A stretch of DNA of 59,661 nt from Thermoplasmatales archaeon SW_10_69_26 (GTDB lineage Archaea > Thermoplasmatota > SW-10-69-26). This document shows positions 37,763 to 48,651 of the stretch, in pieces. Each line of letters begins with the position of its first letter. The stretch's first letter is position 1. Under the pieces are notes generated by a model. The model did not search any database and was not told the DNA's origin. It saw only the letters and a program-made list of their open reading frames with translations. Position numbers and translations under genes: made by a program. The stretch spans positions 1 through 59,661 of the forward strand of contig PXUB01000023.1 in the NCBI GenBank assembly GCA_003009755.1, given 5' to 3'.

Positions 37763-38002
37763 ATGCGACTGGTCACCCGGGACAGCGACGGCAAGCCGGA
37801 CACGCCGTTGTCCTTCTGGATCGGGCTGGTCTTCGTCGGGACAGCGGTCGGTTTCGAGGCGGCCAACATCGGGCCCGGCGGGTTCCAGATCACGCCGACC
37901 TTCGGGGACATGGGCATCAACATGTTCCTGTTCATCACCGGGCTGACCGCGCTCGTGCCCGGCCTCTTCCTCACGCTGGTGCGGGACCACGAGGAAGCCT
38001 AA
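37763..38002 (+). CDS. Small two-TM membrane protein
   Basis: Two hydrophobic helices; high-GC3 codon usage. Confidence 0.55.
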   Translation: MRLVTRDSDGKPDTPLSFWIGLVFVGTAVGFEAANIGPGGFQITPTFGDMGINMFLFITGLTALVPGLFLTLVRDHEEA

Positions 38003-38104
38003 GTCCTACCCCCGACGCGACGGGCCCGGCGGTCGGCGGTCGTCGGTGCCTGGCCATCGCAGATGGAAACCCTCTTGAGGCCGGTTACCGCATCCCTCCC
38101 TGGG

Positions 38105-38368
38105 ATGCACGAGATGGACGCCCGCCGAAAGAACCAGCTCCTCTTCTACCTGGACATCGTGGCCCTGGGTCTGGGCGCCGTCGCGCTCGTCACGCTGGTC
38201 CACGATGCCTTCCAGGCCGGGTACGCCAGCCAGGTCGCCTCCGCCGCCCTCGGCGACTACCTGTGGCGGATGGTCGCCGAGATCGGCGTCGTCGCCGTCG
38301 CGCTGGTGTACTTCCTCACCCGGTTCTTCCGGATCCGGATCCGCGAGCTCTCCAACCCCTGGGGCTAG
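38105..38368 (+). CDS. Small two-TM membrane protein
   Basis: MDARRKNQLLFYLDIVALG...; two hydrophobic helices. Confidence 0.6.
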   Translation: MHEMDARRKNQLLFYLDIVALGLGAVALVTLVHDAFQAGYASQVASAALGDYLWRMVAEIGVVAVALVYFLTRFFRIRIRELSNPWG

Positions 38369-38377
38369 GGGCTCGCT

Positions 38378-38625
38378 CACAGAGGACACCGAGCCCCCAA
38401 GCCACAGAGGCAGGCATGGCCGGAGAGGAGGCTGAGACCCCTGGCGAGCCGGGCCACTGTGCTTGAGGGGACCCTCCCCGTTCCTCGCCCGGAAGCTCCG
38501 AATCCGTCACCGGGCGGCCCTGATGTCCTCTGGCCATCTTTGCCCGCCCGCCGTCTTCCGCTCGCGCTCTACTTCCTCCCCTCTGTGGGATCCTCTGCGC
38601 CTGTGGGCCTCCGTGGTCGGGTTCG
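38378..38625. repeat. Two CACAGAG-type repeats in opposite orientation (copies 4 and 5)
   Basis: cacagaggacaccgag...ccacagagg (38378-38411, +) and ctctgtgggatcctctgcgcctgtgggcctccgtggtcgggttcg (38581-38625, -) between convergent genes. Confidence 0.6.
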
Positions 38626-38663
38626 TCCCTGCGTGCCCTCCACGAGGCTCGTCCTCCCCGAGG

Positions 38664-39539
38664 CTACCCTTCGTAGTCGTAGGCCGGCCGGAACACCGAG
38701 CCGCCCCTCTGCCGGTACTCCTTCTCGCGGACGCGGTCGCTGAGCTCGTCGAGCACCTCGTCGATCGATTCGCTGACGACCTCGTTGAGCTCCTCGCTTT
38801 GCAGCGTGTGGATGACGGAGTCCAGCGTGGCGTCGGTGACCTCGCGGACGAGGCGCTTGCCGGGGCGCGTCCGGACGAGCACGCCCACCCGTGGGTTGTC
38901 CTCGAGGGCGTTCCGGACGGACCGGTGGATGTTCTCGCGATGGTCCTCCATCGAGTTGCCGACCGTCTCCGTCCAGCGGGCGCGCATCATCGGGTCCCGC
39001 AGCGTGCTGATCGAGGTCAACACGATCGGGTCCGTGATCTCCTCGAGCAGCACGCCCTTGTAGTGGTTGATCAGCCCGCGCACCAGGGCGTAGGACCAGT
39101 CGCGCTCGGGGACGTTCTCCATCGGGTAGGTTTCGACGACGTAGATGCGGAGCAAGCGGACGAGGCGGACGGCGCGGAAGCCCCAGTGGGCGATCGGCAC
39201 CATGCCGACGAGCTCGTACCAGTGGTTGCGGGTGTAGGCGAGCTTGCTGGTCGCCTGTCGGACCTCGCCGAGGAACTCGAGCGCGAAGATCCCGAGGATG
39301 ACGAGATCGATGGCGACGATCGTCGTCTCGGCGTAGCCGGGCAGGAAGTCGGCGTACACGTCGCGGGCGACCAACAGCAGGATGTCGAGGACGGCCAGGC
39401 CGACCATCAGCCAATCGCCGGCGTTCACGGGTTCGAAGCCGCGGGACAACAGGTCGCCGAGGTCGCCGCCGTGGTTGCCGCGTTTCTGCACTGGCGACCA
39501 CCGACGGCCCTCCGCCTCGGGCTCGACGGGTCCAGACAT
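38664..39539 (-). CDS. Voltage-sensor-like (S1-S4) membrane protein without a pore domain
   Basis: S1 LAVLDILLLV, S2 IFALEF, S3 WYELVGMVP, S4 RAVRLVRLLR, then a soluble helical tail. Confidence 0.75.
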   Translation of the reverse strand: MSGPVEPEAEGRRWSPVQKRGNHGGDLGDLLSRGFEPVNAGDWLMVGLAVLDILLLVARDVYADFLPGYAETTIVAIDLVILGIFALEFLGEVRQATSKLAYTRNHWYELVGMVPIAHWGFRAVRLVRLLRIYVVETYPMENVPERDWSYALVRGLINHYKGVLLEEITDPIVLTSISTLRDPMMRARWTETVGNSMEDHRENIHRSVRNALEDNPRVGVLVRTRPGKRLVREVTDATLDSVIHTLQSEELNEVVSESIDEVLDELSDRVREKEYRQRGGSVFRPAYDYEG

Positions 39540-39589
39540 GCGCAGGGCTAGGCCACGGGGCAGCAAGAAGCCGGCGGTCCAGGCTGGCG

Positions 39590-40402
39590 TCAGTCCCGGT
39601 CGGCGTCCACGCTGTGGACGTCCACGGTGGGGCCCTCCTCGCCGCCGCGCAGCGCCTCGCCCAGCCGGCGGGCGTCCTCCCAGGCGGCCACCAGCACGAC
39701 GTCGAGCCCGCGCTGGGCGGCCGAGCGGGCGACCTCCTCGGCGGCGAACGCGATCGGGCCCTGGGGGGCCTCGAGGCCGGCGCGTTCGGTGAGCACCTCG
39801 GCCTCCACGCCGCTGGTGACGAGCACGTCGGGATCGGCCTCGATCGCCTGGAAGGCCTCCTGGACGGCCCTCGGGCCGGGCAGGGAGGCCGGCGGCGGCA
39901 GGCGGAGCAGGTCCACGTGCCCGGGATCGAGGTCGACGACGCCGGTCAGCCCGCCGACGGTGACCAGCTCGCCGGGCTGGCCTCCCTTGCGCACCGTGCC
40001 CGTGCTCGGGCTGTCGGCTTGCCGGGCCACCAGGCGGCCCTCCTCCATGAACAGGCCGACGTCGTCGCCGGGGGCCAGCCGCTCGTCGGCGACGGCGACG
40101 CACTCCTCGATGTGCATCATCTCGCCCAGCGCCCGGTCGACGAAGGCCTTCAGGCCGACGAAGTGCTCGTGCAGGGACTGGACGCCCTCGCTCGTGATCC
40201 GCACCGCGCGCGAATCGTCGTCGTCGAAGGCGACCAGGCCCTCGTCGGCCAGCTGCTCGAGGTTGTAGGAGACACCCTGGATCGTGAGATCGGTGGGCTC
40301 GGTGAGGTCGGAGGCCCGCAAGGGGCCGCGCTTCACGAGCTCGAGCAGGATGACGAACCGGACGGGGATCGGCGGGTCCTCGGCCACGGCGGGGGCTGAC
40401 AC
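39590..40402 (-). CDS. Archaeal wHTH transcriptional regulator (COG1497-like)
   Basis: LTIQGVSYNLEQLADEGLV, ITSEG, GDDVGLFMEEGRLVA, SAAQRGLDV. Confidence 0.75.
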   Translation of the reverse strand: MSAPAVAEDPPIPVRFVILLELVKRGPLRASDLTEPTDLTIQGVSYNLEQLADEGLVAFDDDDSRAVRITSEGVQSLHEHFVGLKAFVDRALGEMMHIEECVAVADERLAPGDDVGLFMEEGRLVARQADSPSTGTVRKGGQPGELVTVGGLTGVVDLDPGHVDLLRLPPPASLPGPRAVQEAFQAIEADPDVLVTSGVEAEVLTERAGLEAPQGPIAFAAEEVARSAAQRGLDVVLVAAWEDARRLGEALRGGEEGPTVDVHSVDADRD

Positions 40403-40466
40403 GACGGAGGAGGGGATGAATGTGGGGGTCCCGCGACGGCGCGCTGTAAGGACAAGAAACGGGGGG

Positions 40467-40505
40467 ACCACCAAGTACGCGAGGGGACGCCAGGGCACAA
40501 AGGGG
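40467..40505 (+). repeat. CACAGAG-type repeat variant (copy 6)
   Basis: accaccaagtacgcgaggggacgccagggcacaaagggg, with a similar ~9-nt periodicity. Confidence 0.35.
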
Positions 40506-40552
40506 AGCAGCTGCCGTGACAACGCCGCCCGGCGGCGAGTCACAGGCCCTTC

Positions 40553-41440
40553 GTGGCCTTGGCGATCCTTCGTGTCCTTCGCCGCGCCCGGCGGTGGGTC
40601 TACCAGCTGTTGCAGGGCACCCACCGCGGGTTCGGGCTCTCGCGCACGGTCAACGTCGCGATCATCGCGTTGATCCTGGCCAACGTCCTGGCGTTCACGC
40701 TGGAGAGCGTCGACAGGCTCGGGATCCGCTACTACGACGGGTTCCGCCTGTTCGAGACCATCTCCGTCGTCCTGTTCACGATCGAGTACCTCGGTCGGTT
40801 GTGGGTCGCCCCCGAGCACGAGGCCTACGATGGCTCGATCCGCGGACGGCTGCGCTGGGCGATCACGCCCTTGGCGCTGGTGGACCTGCTTGCGATCTTG
40901 CCGTTCTACCTGCGCGGCGTGGTGCCGGTCGACCTGCGCGTGTTGCGGATCCTGCGGTTGCTGCGCTCGGTGCGGGTGCTGAAGCTGGCTCGCTACAGCA
41001 CCGCGATCCGCGCCCTGGTCGAGGTCGTCCGACGGAAAAGCGCCCAGCTCGTCATCACGTTCGTCGGCGCGGGCCTGTTGATCCTGCTGGCGGCCTCCTT
41101 GATGTGGATCGTGGAGGGAAACGTGCAGCCGGAGGCGTTCCCGAACGTACCGGCCACGCTGTGGTGGGCGGTCGTCACGTTGACGACGGTGGGGTACGGG
41201 GACGTCGTGCCGGTCACGACGGCCGGCAGGATCCTGGCCGGCGTCATGGCGATCCTCGGTATCGCGTTCATCGCCGTCCCCGCCAGCATCCTGGCCTCCG
41301 GGTTCGGCGAGATGTTCCAGACCGAGCCCGAGGGCGAGCTCACCTCCGAACAGGGGGCCGATCAGACCCCCGAGCCGCCGTTCGCGTGCCCGCACTGCGG
41401 CGAGACGATCGACGAGGGGCCCGAAGGGGCGCGGGAGTGA
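40553..41440 (+). CDS. 6-TM voltage-gated potassium channel with a C-terminal zinc-ribbon motif
   Basis: S4 LRVLRILRLLRSVRVLK, filter TTVGYGD, C-terminal CPHCG. Confidence 0.93.
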   Translation: MALAILRVLRRARRWVYQLLQGTHRGFGLSRTVNVAIIALILANVLAFTLESVDRLGIRYYDGFRLFETISVVLFTIEYLGRLWVAPEHEAYDGSIRGRLRWAITPLALVDLLAILPFYLRGVVPVDLRVLRILRLLRSVRVLKLARYSTAIRALVEVVRRKSAQLVITFVGAGLLILLAASLMWIVEGNVQPEAFPNVPATLWWAVVTLTTVGYGDVVPVTTAGRILAGVMAILGIAFIAVPASILASGFGEMFQTEPEGELTSEQGADQTPEPPFACPHCGETIDEGPEGARE

Positions 41441-41653
41441 GGCCGACCCGGGCCGACCACGTCCCGAGCCCAGCTTGACCCCCGAGCACGCCGAGGATCG
41501 GGTCTGCGGGCGTGGCCGCCTGCCGTGGGCCGTGGTCACGGTCACGACGGTGGGCTAGGGCGACGTGGCGCCGGTGAGCCCGGGTTCGCCGCGATGCTGG
41601 GCCCGGCGAGGAGACGACGAGCATCGTCGAGCTCCCGGCGGCTCGCCGACGGG

Positions 41654-42259
41654 TTAGCGCCGGTCCGCGAGCTCGGCCAGCACGTCGGCCAGGTCGACGC
41701 CGTGCTTGTTCGCGAGCACGAGCGAGTGGTACCACAGGTCGGCGATCTCGTGCGCCAACGGGTCCCCGTCGTCCTCGCCGCGGGCGCGGGCGACGACCTC
41801 GGCGGCCTCCTCCTCGACCTTGGCCTCGGCCAGGTCCTCCTCCCTCAGAAGACGGCTCGTCCACGAGCCCTCCGGTTGGGCCTGTCGACGGTGATCGACG
41901 ACCTCCTGGAGCCGGGGCAAGATCGGGATCGCCTCGTCGGCGACCTCGTCGAAGAAGCAGCTGGTCTCGCCGGTGTGGCAGGCGGGCCCGGCGGGGTCGA
42001 CGATGGCCAGCAGGGTGTCCCTGTCGCAGTCGGCGGCGAGGCCGACGAGCCGCTGCGTGTTGCCGGAGGTCTCCCCCTTGTGCCACAGCTCTTGGCGGCT
42101 GCGGGACCAGTAGTGCATCTCGCCGGTCGCCAGCGTCTGCTCGAGCGCCTGCTCGTCCATGTAGCCGAGCATGAGCACCCGCCCCGTGCGGGCGTCCTGC
42201 GTGACGCAAGGGACCAGGCCATCCTGCTTGGCGAAGTCGACGTCCTCGACCGTGGCCAT
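41654..42259 (-). CDS. hisIE: Bifunctional phosphoribosyl-AMP cyclohydrolase / phosphoribosyl-ATP pyrophosphatase
   Basis: [45 protein letters not shown]. Confidence 0.95.
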   Translation of the reverse strand: MATVEDVDFAKQDGLVPCVTQDARTGRVLMLGYMDEQALEQTLATGEMHYWSRSRQELWHKGETSGNTQRLVGLAADCDRDTLLAIVDPAGPACHTGETSCFFDEVADEAIPILPRLQEVVDHRRQAQPEGSWTSRLLREEDLAEAKVEEEAAEVVARARGEDDGDPLAHEIADLWYHSLVLANKHGVDLADVLAELADRR

Positions 42260-42338
42260 CGGCTCGACAGGCCAAGGGGGGTTCTTGGTTGCCACGGTGA
42301 GGCGAAGGTTGACCCGGTAGGCGTCGTTGACGGAGCTG

Positions 42339-43115
42339 ATGTACGAACGTTCCGGCCGGCTGGCGGACCAGCGGGGCTTCGCGCCGTTCACGGACGAGGT
42401 CGTGTCCGAGGCCACACCCAAACGGGTGCGAGCCGTGAAGGACGGCGAACCGGTGCTGGACTCGATCCAGGCTCGGCTGGCCTGGGTCGAGGGGCCGACG
42501 CCGCAGTACGCGGTGCCGGCGGCCGACGTCGACGGCCAGCGGGTCCGGTTCGGCGATCCCTTCGACGACGATCGGCTGGGCACCGTGGAACCCGTCGGTC
42601 TGGACGGGGGTCGGCCCGAGCGGGCCCACGGCCTGCGGGTCGTCGATCCCCCACCGTCCGCGCCGGGCCTCGAGGATCACGTGCTGCTCGCCTGGGACGC
42701 CGTGGACGAGTGGTACGTCGAAGACGAGCGCCAGCGCGGCCACCCGCGGGACCCCTACCATCGCATCGATCTTCACACCAGCTCGCGGGAGGTGGTCGTC
42801 GATCTGGACGAGGCGCGGCTGGCCACGTCGACGCGGCCGCTGATGCTCGTCGAGACGGGGCTCCCGGTCCGGTTCTACCTGCCGCCGGAGGACGTGCGCT
42901 CGGATCTGCTGGAGGAGAGCTCGACCCGCACCCGGTGCGCGTACAAGGGCCAGGCTCGGTACTGGCACGCCCACGGTCGCGGCAGCGACGTCGAGGACGC
43001 CGCCTGGAGCTACGAGGAGCCTGTCGCGGCCTTCGAGCGCCTGGCTGGGTGGGTGTGTTTCGACCAGGCCAAGGTCGACGTCATCGTCGACGGCGAACCC
43101 CTCGGCGAGGGCTAA
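42339..43115 (+). CDS. DUF427-domain protein (tandem domains)
   Basis: [40 protein letters not shown]. Confidence 0.85.
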   Translation: MYERSGRLADQRGFAPFTDEVVSEATPKRVRAVKDGEPVLDSIQARLAWVEGPTPQYAVPAADVDGQRVRFGDPFDDDRLGTVEPVGLDGGRPERAHGLRVVDPPPSAPGLEDHVLLAWDAVDEWYVEDERQRGHPRDPYHRIDLHTSSREVVVDLDEARLATSTRPLMLVETGLPVRFYLPPEDVRSDLLEESSTRTRCAYKGQARYWHAHGRGSDVEDAAWSYEEPVAAFERLAGWVCFDQAKVDVIVDGEPLGEG

Positions 43116-43215
43116 CCCTTGAGATTCGCGTGGGCGGGCGCGGCGGGCCTCCGCGAGGGGCTCTGTGAACGTCATCGAGTCGAGGTTGAGGGGTCTCCGA
43201 GCGCGTGTATCGTGC

Positions 43216-43987
43216 ATGCATCGACGCTCGGGTATCCTCGCCGACGAGCAGGAGTTCGGCCCGTTCGCCGCGGACAAGGTCGCCGCCGAACCCACCCCCA
43301 AGCGCGTCCGAGCCCTCGAGCCGACGAGTGGGTTCTGGACACCGATTGGGCGTCGATCGCCTTGGGGCGAGGGACCCACGCCCGACTACGCGATCCCGTT
43401 CGCCGACGTCGACGTCGAACTTGCCACGGGCCAACCGAGGGAGCACGAGCGGCTGGGCACCGTCGAGGACGTGGCGATCACGCAGGACGGGGCTCGGCGC
43501 GGGGGCACTGGGGTGCGGGTCCAGCGGCCACCCGAGCACGCCCAGCGGTTGCGCGACCACGTCGTGTTCGATTGGGACGCCCTCGACGCCTGGTTCGTGG
43601 AGGACCAGCGCCAGCGCGGCCACCCGCGGGACCCCTACCACCGGATCGACGTGCACGCCAGCTCGCGACGGATCGAGGTCGCCCTCGGCGACGAGACGGT
43701 GGCCGACACCGACCGGGCGCTGGGCGTCGTCGAGACGCGGCTCCCGTTCCGGTTCTACGTGCCCGAGGTCGACGTCCGCGGACCTGTTGGACCCCAGCCA
43801 GACGCGGACCCGATGCGCCGACGAGGGCAAGGCCCGGTGCTTCCACGTCGACGTCGGGGGCAAACGGGTCGAGGACGCGGCCTGGACCTACCCCGCGCCC
43901 GAGCCCGGGTTCGGCCGGCTGCAGGACCGGATCTGCTTTCCCCAGGAGACGGTCGACATGCAGGTCGCCGACACCGAGCTCTCGTGA
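43216..43987 (+). pseudogene. Frameshifted DUF427 paralogue
   Basis: Colinear with 42339..43115 until ~43780. The C-terminus (DLLDPSQTRTRC...DAAWTY) continues in another frame, and YKG is changed to DEG. Confidence 0.8.
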
Positions 43988-44028
43988 CGACGCGGCGATA
44001 CCCTGAAAAGGCGTGACATGGATGTGTC

Positions 44029-44892
44029 ATGGGCATGGCTGGGACCGTAGAGGTCGAAGCGGGGGGCGCGGCCGATCGCCCAGCCGTGTTCGCGCTGGAT
44101 GACGACCGGCGGTTCACGTACCTGAACGACGAGGCTCAGTCGATCTTCGGGCGTCCCCGCGAGGAACTGGAGGGCGACCAGCTGTGGGGCTGGCTGAGCG
44201 ACGAGGTGCGGGAGACCTACCAGGAGACGATCGAGACCGCGGCCGAGACCGGCGACCCGGCCCAGGCAGAGGTGCGCTGCCTGGGCGAGAGCCGCTGGTA
44301 CCACATCCGAACCTACCCGATGGAGGGTGGCGTCTCGGTGCACCTGCAGGATCTCGAAGCCGAGGCTGAGCGCGAGCGGGAGCTCGAGCGCCGCGAGCAA
44401 GCCTTGCGGCAAGCGCACGAGATCACCGCCGACCGCGAAGCCAGCCCGCGCGAACAGATCGAACGGCTGCTGGGCGTGATCCGCCGGACCCTGGGGACCG
44501 ACGTGGGCCTCGTATCTCGCTACGACGAGACGGAGGAGGCCTTCGAAGTGCTCTCGGCCGATACCGTCTCGAACCTCGAGCTCCACGAGGGCCAGCTCCT
44601 CCCGCCCGAAAAGACGCTGGCCTGCTCGGAGGTGATGGGCGCCGACCAGACCCTCGCCATCCGCGACCTCGGAACCCAGGCCTCGGACCTGTTCGAGTCC
44701 AGCGCCGGCGTCCGCAGTTACCTCGGTGCTCCCGTTCACGTCGACGGCGAGGTGTACGGCACGTTCTGCTTCTTCGCCTCCGAGCGGCGCTGCGAGGACT
44801 TCGACGACTGGGAGACCAGCTACGTCGACCTGTTCAGCGACGCGGTGGGGGCCGCCATCGAGCGCACGGGCGGTCTCGCGGCACCCGGCTGA
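44029..44892 (+). CDS. PAS + GAF sensor protein without an output domain
   Basis: FALDDDRRFTYLN (PAS), SYLGAPVHVDGEVYGTFCF (GAF). Confidence 0.8.
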   Translation: MGMAGTVEVEAGGAADRPAVFALDDDRRFTYLNDEAQSIFGRPREELEGDQLWGWLSDEVRETYQETIETAAETGDPAQAEVRCLGESRWYHIRTYPMEGGVSVHLQDLEAEAERERELERREQALRQAHEITADREASPREQIERLLGVIRRTLGTDVGLVSRYDETEEAFEVLSADTVSNLELHEGQLLPPEKTLACSEVMGADQTLAIRDLGTQASDLFESSAGVRSYLGAPVHVDGEVYGTFCFFASERRCEDFDDWETSYVDLFSDAVGAAIERTGGLAAPG

Positions 44893-44915
44893 GATGTTCG
44901 GCTGCCCGTCGGTCC

Positions 44916-46544
44916 TTGAAGGTATCGAGGCCTGACGGCCACGTGAACGAGGGGCCCGATCCGGTCGAGGTCGTCTACGACCGCATCACGGACGCCGTGT
45001 TCGCGCTCGACCGGGACTGGCGGTTCACCTTCCTCAACGACGAGGCCGAACGACTCCTCCGCCGATCGCGGGAGGACCTCTTGCACAAGAAGGTCTGGGC
45101 GGAGTTCCCCGAGGCCGTGGGATCGACGTTCCAGGACGAGTACGAGCGGGCGATCGAGGCCCAGACGCCGGTGGCCTTCGAGGAGTACTACCCGCCCTTG
45201 GAGACCTGGTTCGAGGTGCGGGCCTACCCCTCACCCTCGGGGTTGTCGGTATACTTCCACGATATCACGGACCGCGTCGAGCACCGCCAGCGGCTGGCGG
45301 GGCGCGAGGAGGCCCTACGGGACGCCTACGCGATCGTCGGCGACCGCGAACGGTCGGCCAGCGACAAGATCCAGGCCCTGCTGGGGGTGGTGCGCCGAAC
45401 GCTCGAGACCGACGTCGGCATGTTGTCGCGCACGAACCTCGCCACCGGTCGCTACGTGATCGAGGCCGCGGCCGGGAACCAGCCGCGGCCCGAGCCCGGC
45501 GACGAGCTGGACATCGCGGCGGCACCCTGCTGTCGCCACGTGGCTCAGACGGGCGAACCGATGGCCCTGCATCACGTCCGCGAGCAGGCGCCCGCCCTCT
45601 CCGGTGGGGCCCTCGACCTGGAAGCCTACCTCGGCGTGCCGGTGCGCGTCGACGAGGAGACGTACGGGACGTTCAACTTCTACAGCCGCGAACCACGCAA
45701 GGCGCCGTTCACCGAGTGGCAGGACACCTTCGCGAGCCTGCTAGCGGACTGGACCGGCAACGAGCTCGAGCAGGAGAAGCGAGCCCAACAGATGCGGCGG
45801 TCGAACCGACGGTTGGCGACCACGACGCGCCGCTTGGAGCGGTTCGCGCGGGCAGCCTCGCACGACCTGAAGGAACCGGCGCGCACGGTCGCCAGCCAAC
45901 TGCAGCTCATCGAGGATCGCTTCGGGGAGGCGTTGGGCGAGGAGGGCCGCGAGCTGTTGGGCTTCGCCCAGCAGGACGCCCGGCACATGCGGGACATGGT
46001 GCGCGGCTTGCTGGCCTACGCTCGGATCGAGGCTCGAGAGACCCAGCGGGTCCCGGTGGACCTCGAGTCGGTGGTCGACGACGCCTGGGCCGGGGTCGAG
46101 GTCCCCGTGAGGGAGGATCTCGAGGTGATCGTGGGCCAGCTGCCGGTCGTCGGCGGCGATCCCGTGCAGCTTCGCACCCTGTTCGCCAACCTGTTCGAGA
46201 ACGCGGTCCGCTACAGCGACCAGGCGCCACGCATCGAGATCGAGGCCGAGGCCGAGGGGGGACGATGGCGGATCAGCGTCGAGGACGAGGGCATCGGGAT
46301 CCCCCAGGCCCACCACGAGCGGGTCCTGGATCCCTTCGAGCGCCTGGAGCCGGCCTCCGAGGCGGGTGGGGCGGGCTTGGGGTTGGCGATCGGCCAGCGC
46401 ATCGTGGACCGCCACGATGGCGAGCTCGAGGTGGCCTCGACGCCGGGCGAGGGCTCGACGTTCTCGTTCAGTTTGCCGCCGGCCCCGACGGAGCCCTCCT
46501 CGGAGGCGGAGCTGGGCCCCGAGCGGGGATCGCTGGTGCTGTGA
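44916..46544 (+). CDS. PAS-GAF sensor histidine kinase
   Basis: ASHDLKEP H-box, NLFENAVRY, DEGIGI, GAGLGL, GSTF; start may be the GTG at 44943. Confidence 0.92.
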   Translation: MKVSRPDGHVNEGPDPVEVVYDRITDAVFALDRDWRFTFLNDEAERLLRRSREDLLHKKVWAEFPEAVGSTFQDEYERAIEAQTPVAFEEYYPPLETWFEVRAYPSPSGLSVYFHDITDRVEHRQRLAGREEALRDAYAIVGDRERSASDKIQALLGVVRRTLETDVGMLSRTNLATGRYVIEAAAGNQPRPEPGDELDIAAAPCCRHVAQTGEPMALHHVREQAPALSGGALDLEAYLGVPVRVDEETYGTFNFYSREPRKAPFTEWQDTFASLLADWTGNELEQEKRAQQMRRSNRRLATTTRRLERFARAASHDLKEPARTVASQLQLIEDRFGEALGEEGRELLGFAQQDARHMRDMVRGLLAYARIEARETQRVPVDLESVVDDAWAGVEVPVREDLEVIVGQLPVVGGDPVQLRTLFANLFENAVRYSDQAPRIEIEAEAEGGRWRISVEDEGIGIPQAHHERVLDPFERLEPASEAGGAGLGLAIGQRIVDRHDGELEVASTPGEGSTFSFSLPPAPTEPSSEAELGPERGSLVL

Positions 46545-46553
46545 CGGGGCGTC

Positions 46554-47317
<764 letters not shown>

Positions 47318-47321
<4 letters not shown>

Positions 47322-47938
47322 CCGTCCTCCTCCGGCGTCCCCCATTCGACGTGGCCCTTGGTGGATTCGACGTCGGCGCTGGGGCGCATCGCTTCGCGCA
47401 GGCACAGGCCCAGGGCCTTGGTGGCGGCCTCGGCGACGTGGTGGCGCATCCCGTCGCGGAGGACGCGCAGGTGCAGGGTCGCGTTGGCGTTCAAGGCCAG
47501 GCTGCGGGCGACGTGGTCGGCCAGCGGGGCGACCTCGTCCAGGTCGGTCTCGTGGTGGGCGCGGCCGCCCAGGTCCAGCGCGGCCTGAACCAACGCTTCG
47601 TCCATGGGGACGGTGCGGTCGGCGAAGCGCGCGATCTCGGCCTCGGCGAGCGGGGCCAGCGCGGCGCCGAGCGTGATGCCGAGATCCTCGACGACGTGGT
47701 GGGCCAGGTCGCCGGTGGCTTCGACGGTGCCGGACAGCCGCGCGTAGCGCAACAGGGTCTCGACCAGGTGGGTGGCGCCGGCGGGGTCGACCGGCTCGTC
47801 GAGGCCGCCGTGGTCGTTCCAGTCGACCCTCACGTCCGCGGCCTCGCGCTCCTCGCCGGCGGGGACGGGTTCCACGTCGACGTGGACCCTCGTCTCGCCG
47901 GTGGATCGCTCGGCGGTGAAGCGCTCGGGCCTGCTCAC
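47318..47938 (-). CDS. hisB: Imidazoleglycerol-phosphate dehydratase
   Basis: [31 protein letters not shown]. Confidence 0.9.
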
Positions 47939-48651
47939 GCCAGCGCCTCCTGGGCGTCCTCGAAGTCGAGGTCGCCGGTGTAGAGGGCGGTCCCGACGAC
48001 GGCGGCGTCGACGCCGGCCGCCTCGAGGTCCTGCAGGTGCTCGATCGTGCTGATGCCGCCCGAGGCGATGATCGGCACGTCCAGCTCCTCGACGGCCGTT
48101 TCGGCCGTGTCGATGTTGGGGCCCATCATCTTGCCCTCGCGGTCGATGTCGGTGAGCAGGACGCCGCCCAGGTCCTGGCCGTCGAGCCGGTGCAGGCCCT
48201 CCTCGAGCGTGAGCTTGGTGCGCTCGGTCCATCCCTCGACGGCGATCGTGCCGTGCTTGAGCTCGAGCCCGACGAGGATGCGGCCGGGGAACTCCTCGCA
48301 GATGTGGTCCAGCCAGGGGCGGTCCTTCCAGGCGCGCGTGGCGACGATCGCCTTCGCGGTCGGGTGCGGGTCCAGCAGGTCGCGGATCGGGCGCGCGCCG
48401 CGGAGGCCGCCGCCGATCTCGACCGGGACCGGGCTCTCGTCGACGATGTCGTGCACGAGGTCGTCGTTGTCCCGGCCGCTGGACAGCGCGCGGTCGAGGT
48501 CGACGATGTGCAGCGCGTCCGCGCCGAGCTCCCACCACCGGCGGGCTTCCTCGACGGGCTCGTCGCTGTCCCAGATGCGCTGGTCGGGGTTGCCTCCGCG
48601 CAGTTGCACGGCGTGGCCGTCGTAGAGGTCGATGGCAGGGATGACGTTCAT
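47935..48651 (-). CDS. hisA: ProFAR isomerase
   Basis: VIPAIDL, LHIVDLD, EIGGGLR, TDIDREG, IASGGI. Confidence 0.95.
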   Translation of the reverse strand: MNVIPAIDLYDGHAVQLRGGNPDQRIWDSDEPVEEARRWWELGADALHIVDLDRALSSGRDNDDLVHDIVDESPVPVEIGGGLRGARPIRDLLDPHPTAKAIVATRAWKDRPWLDHICEEFPGRILVGLELKHGTIAVEGWTERTKLTLEEGLHRLDGQDLGGVLLTDIDREGKMMGPNIDTAETAVEELDVPIIASGGISTIEHLQDLEAAGVDAAVVGTALYTGDLDFEDAQEALA

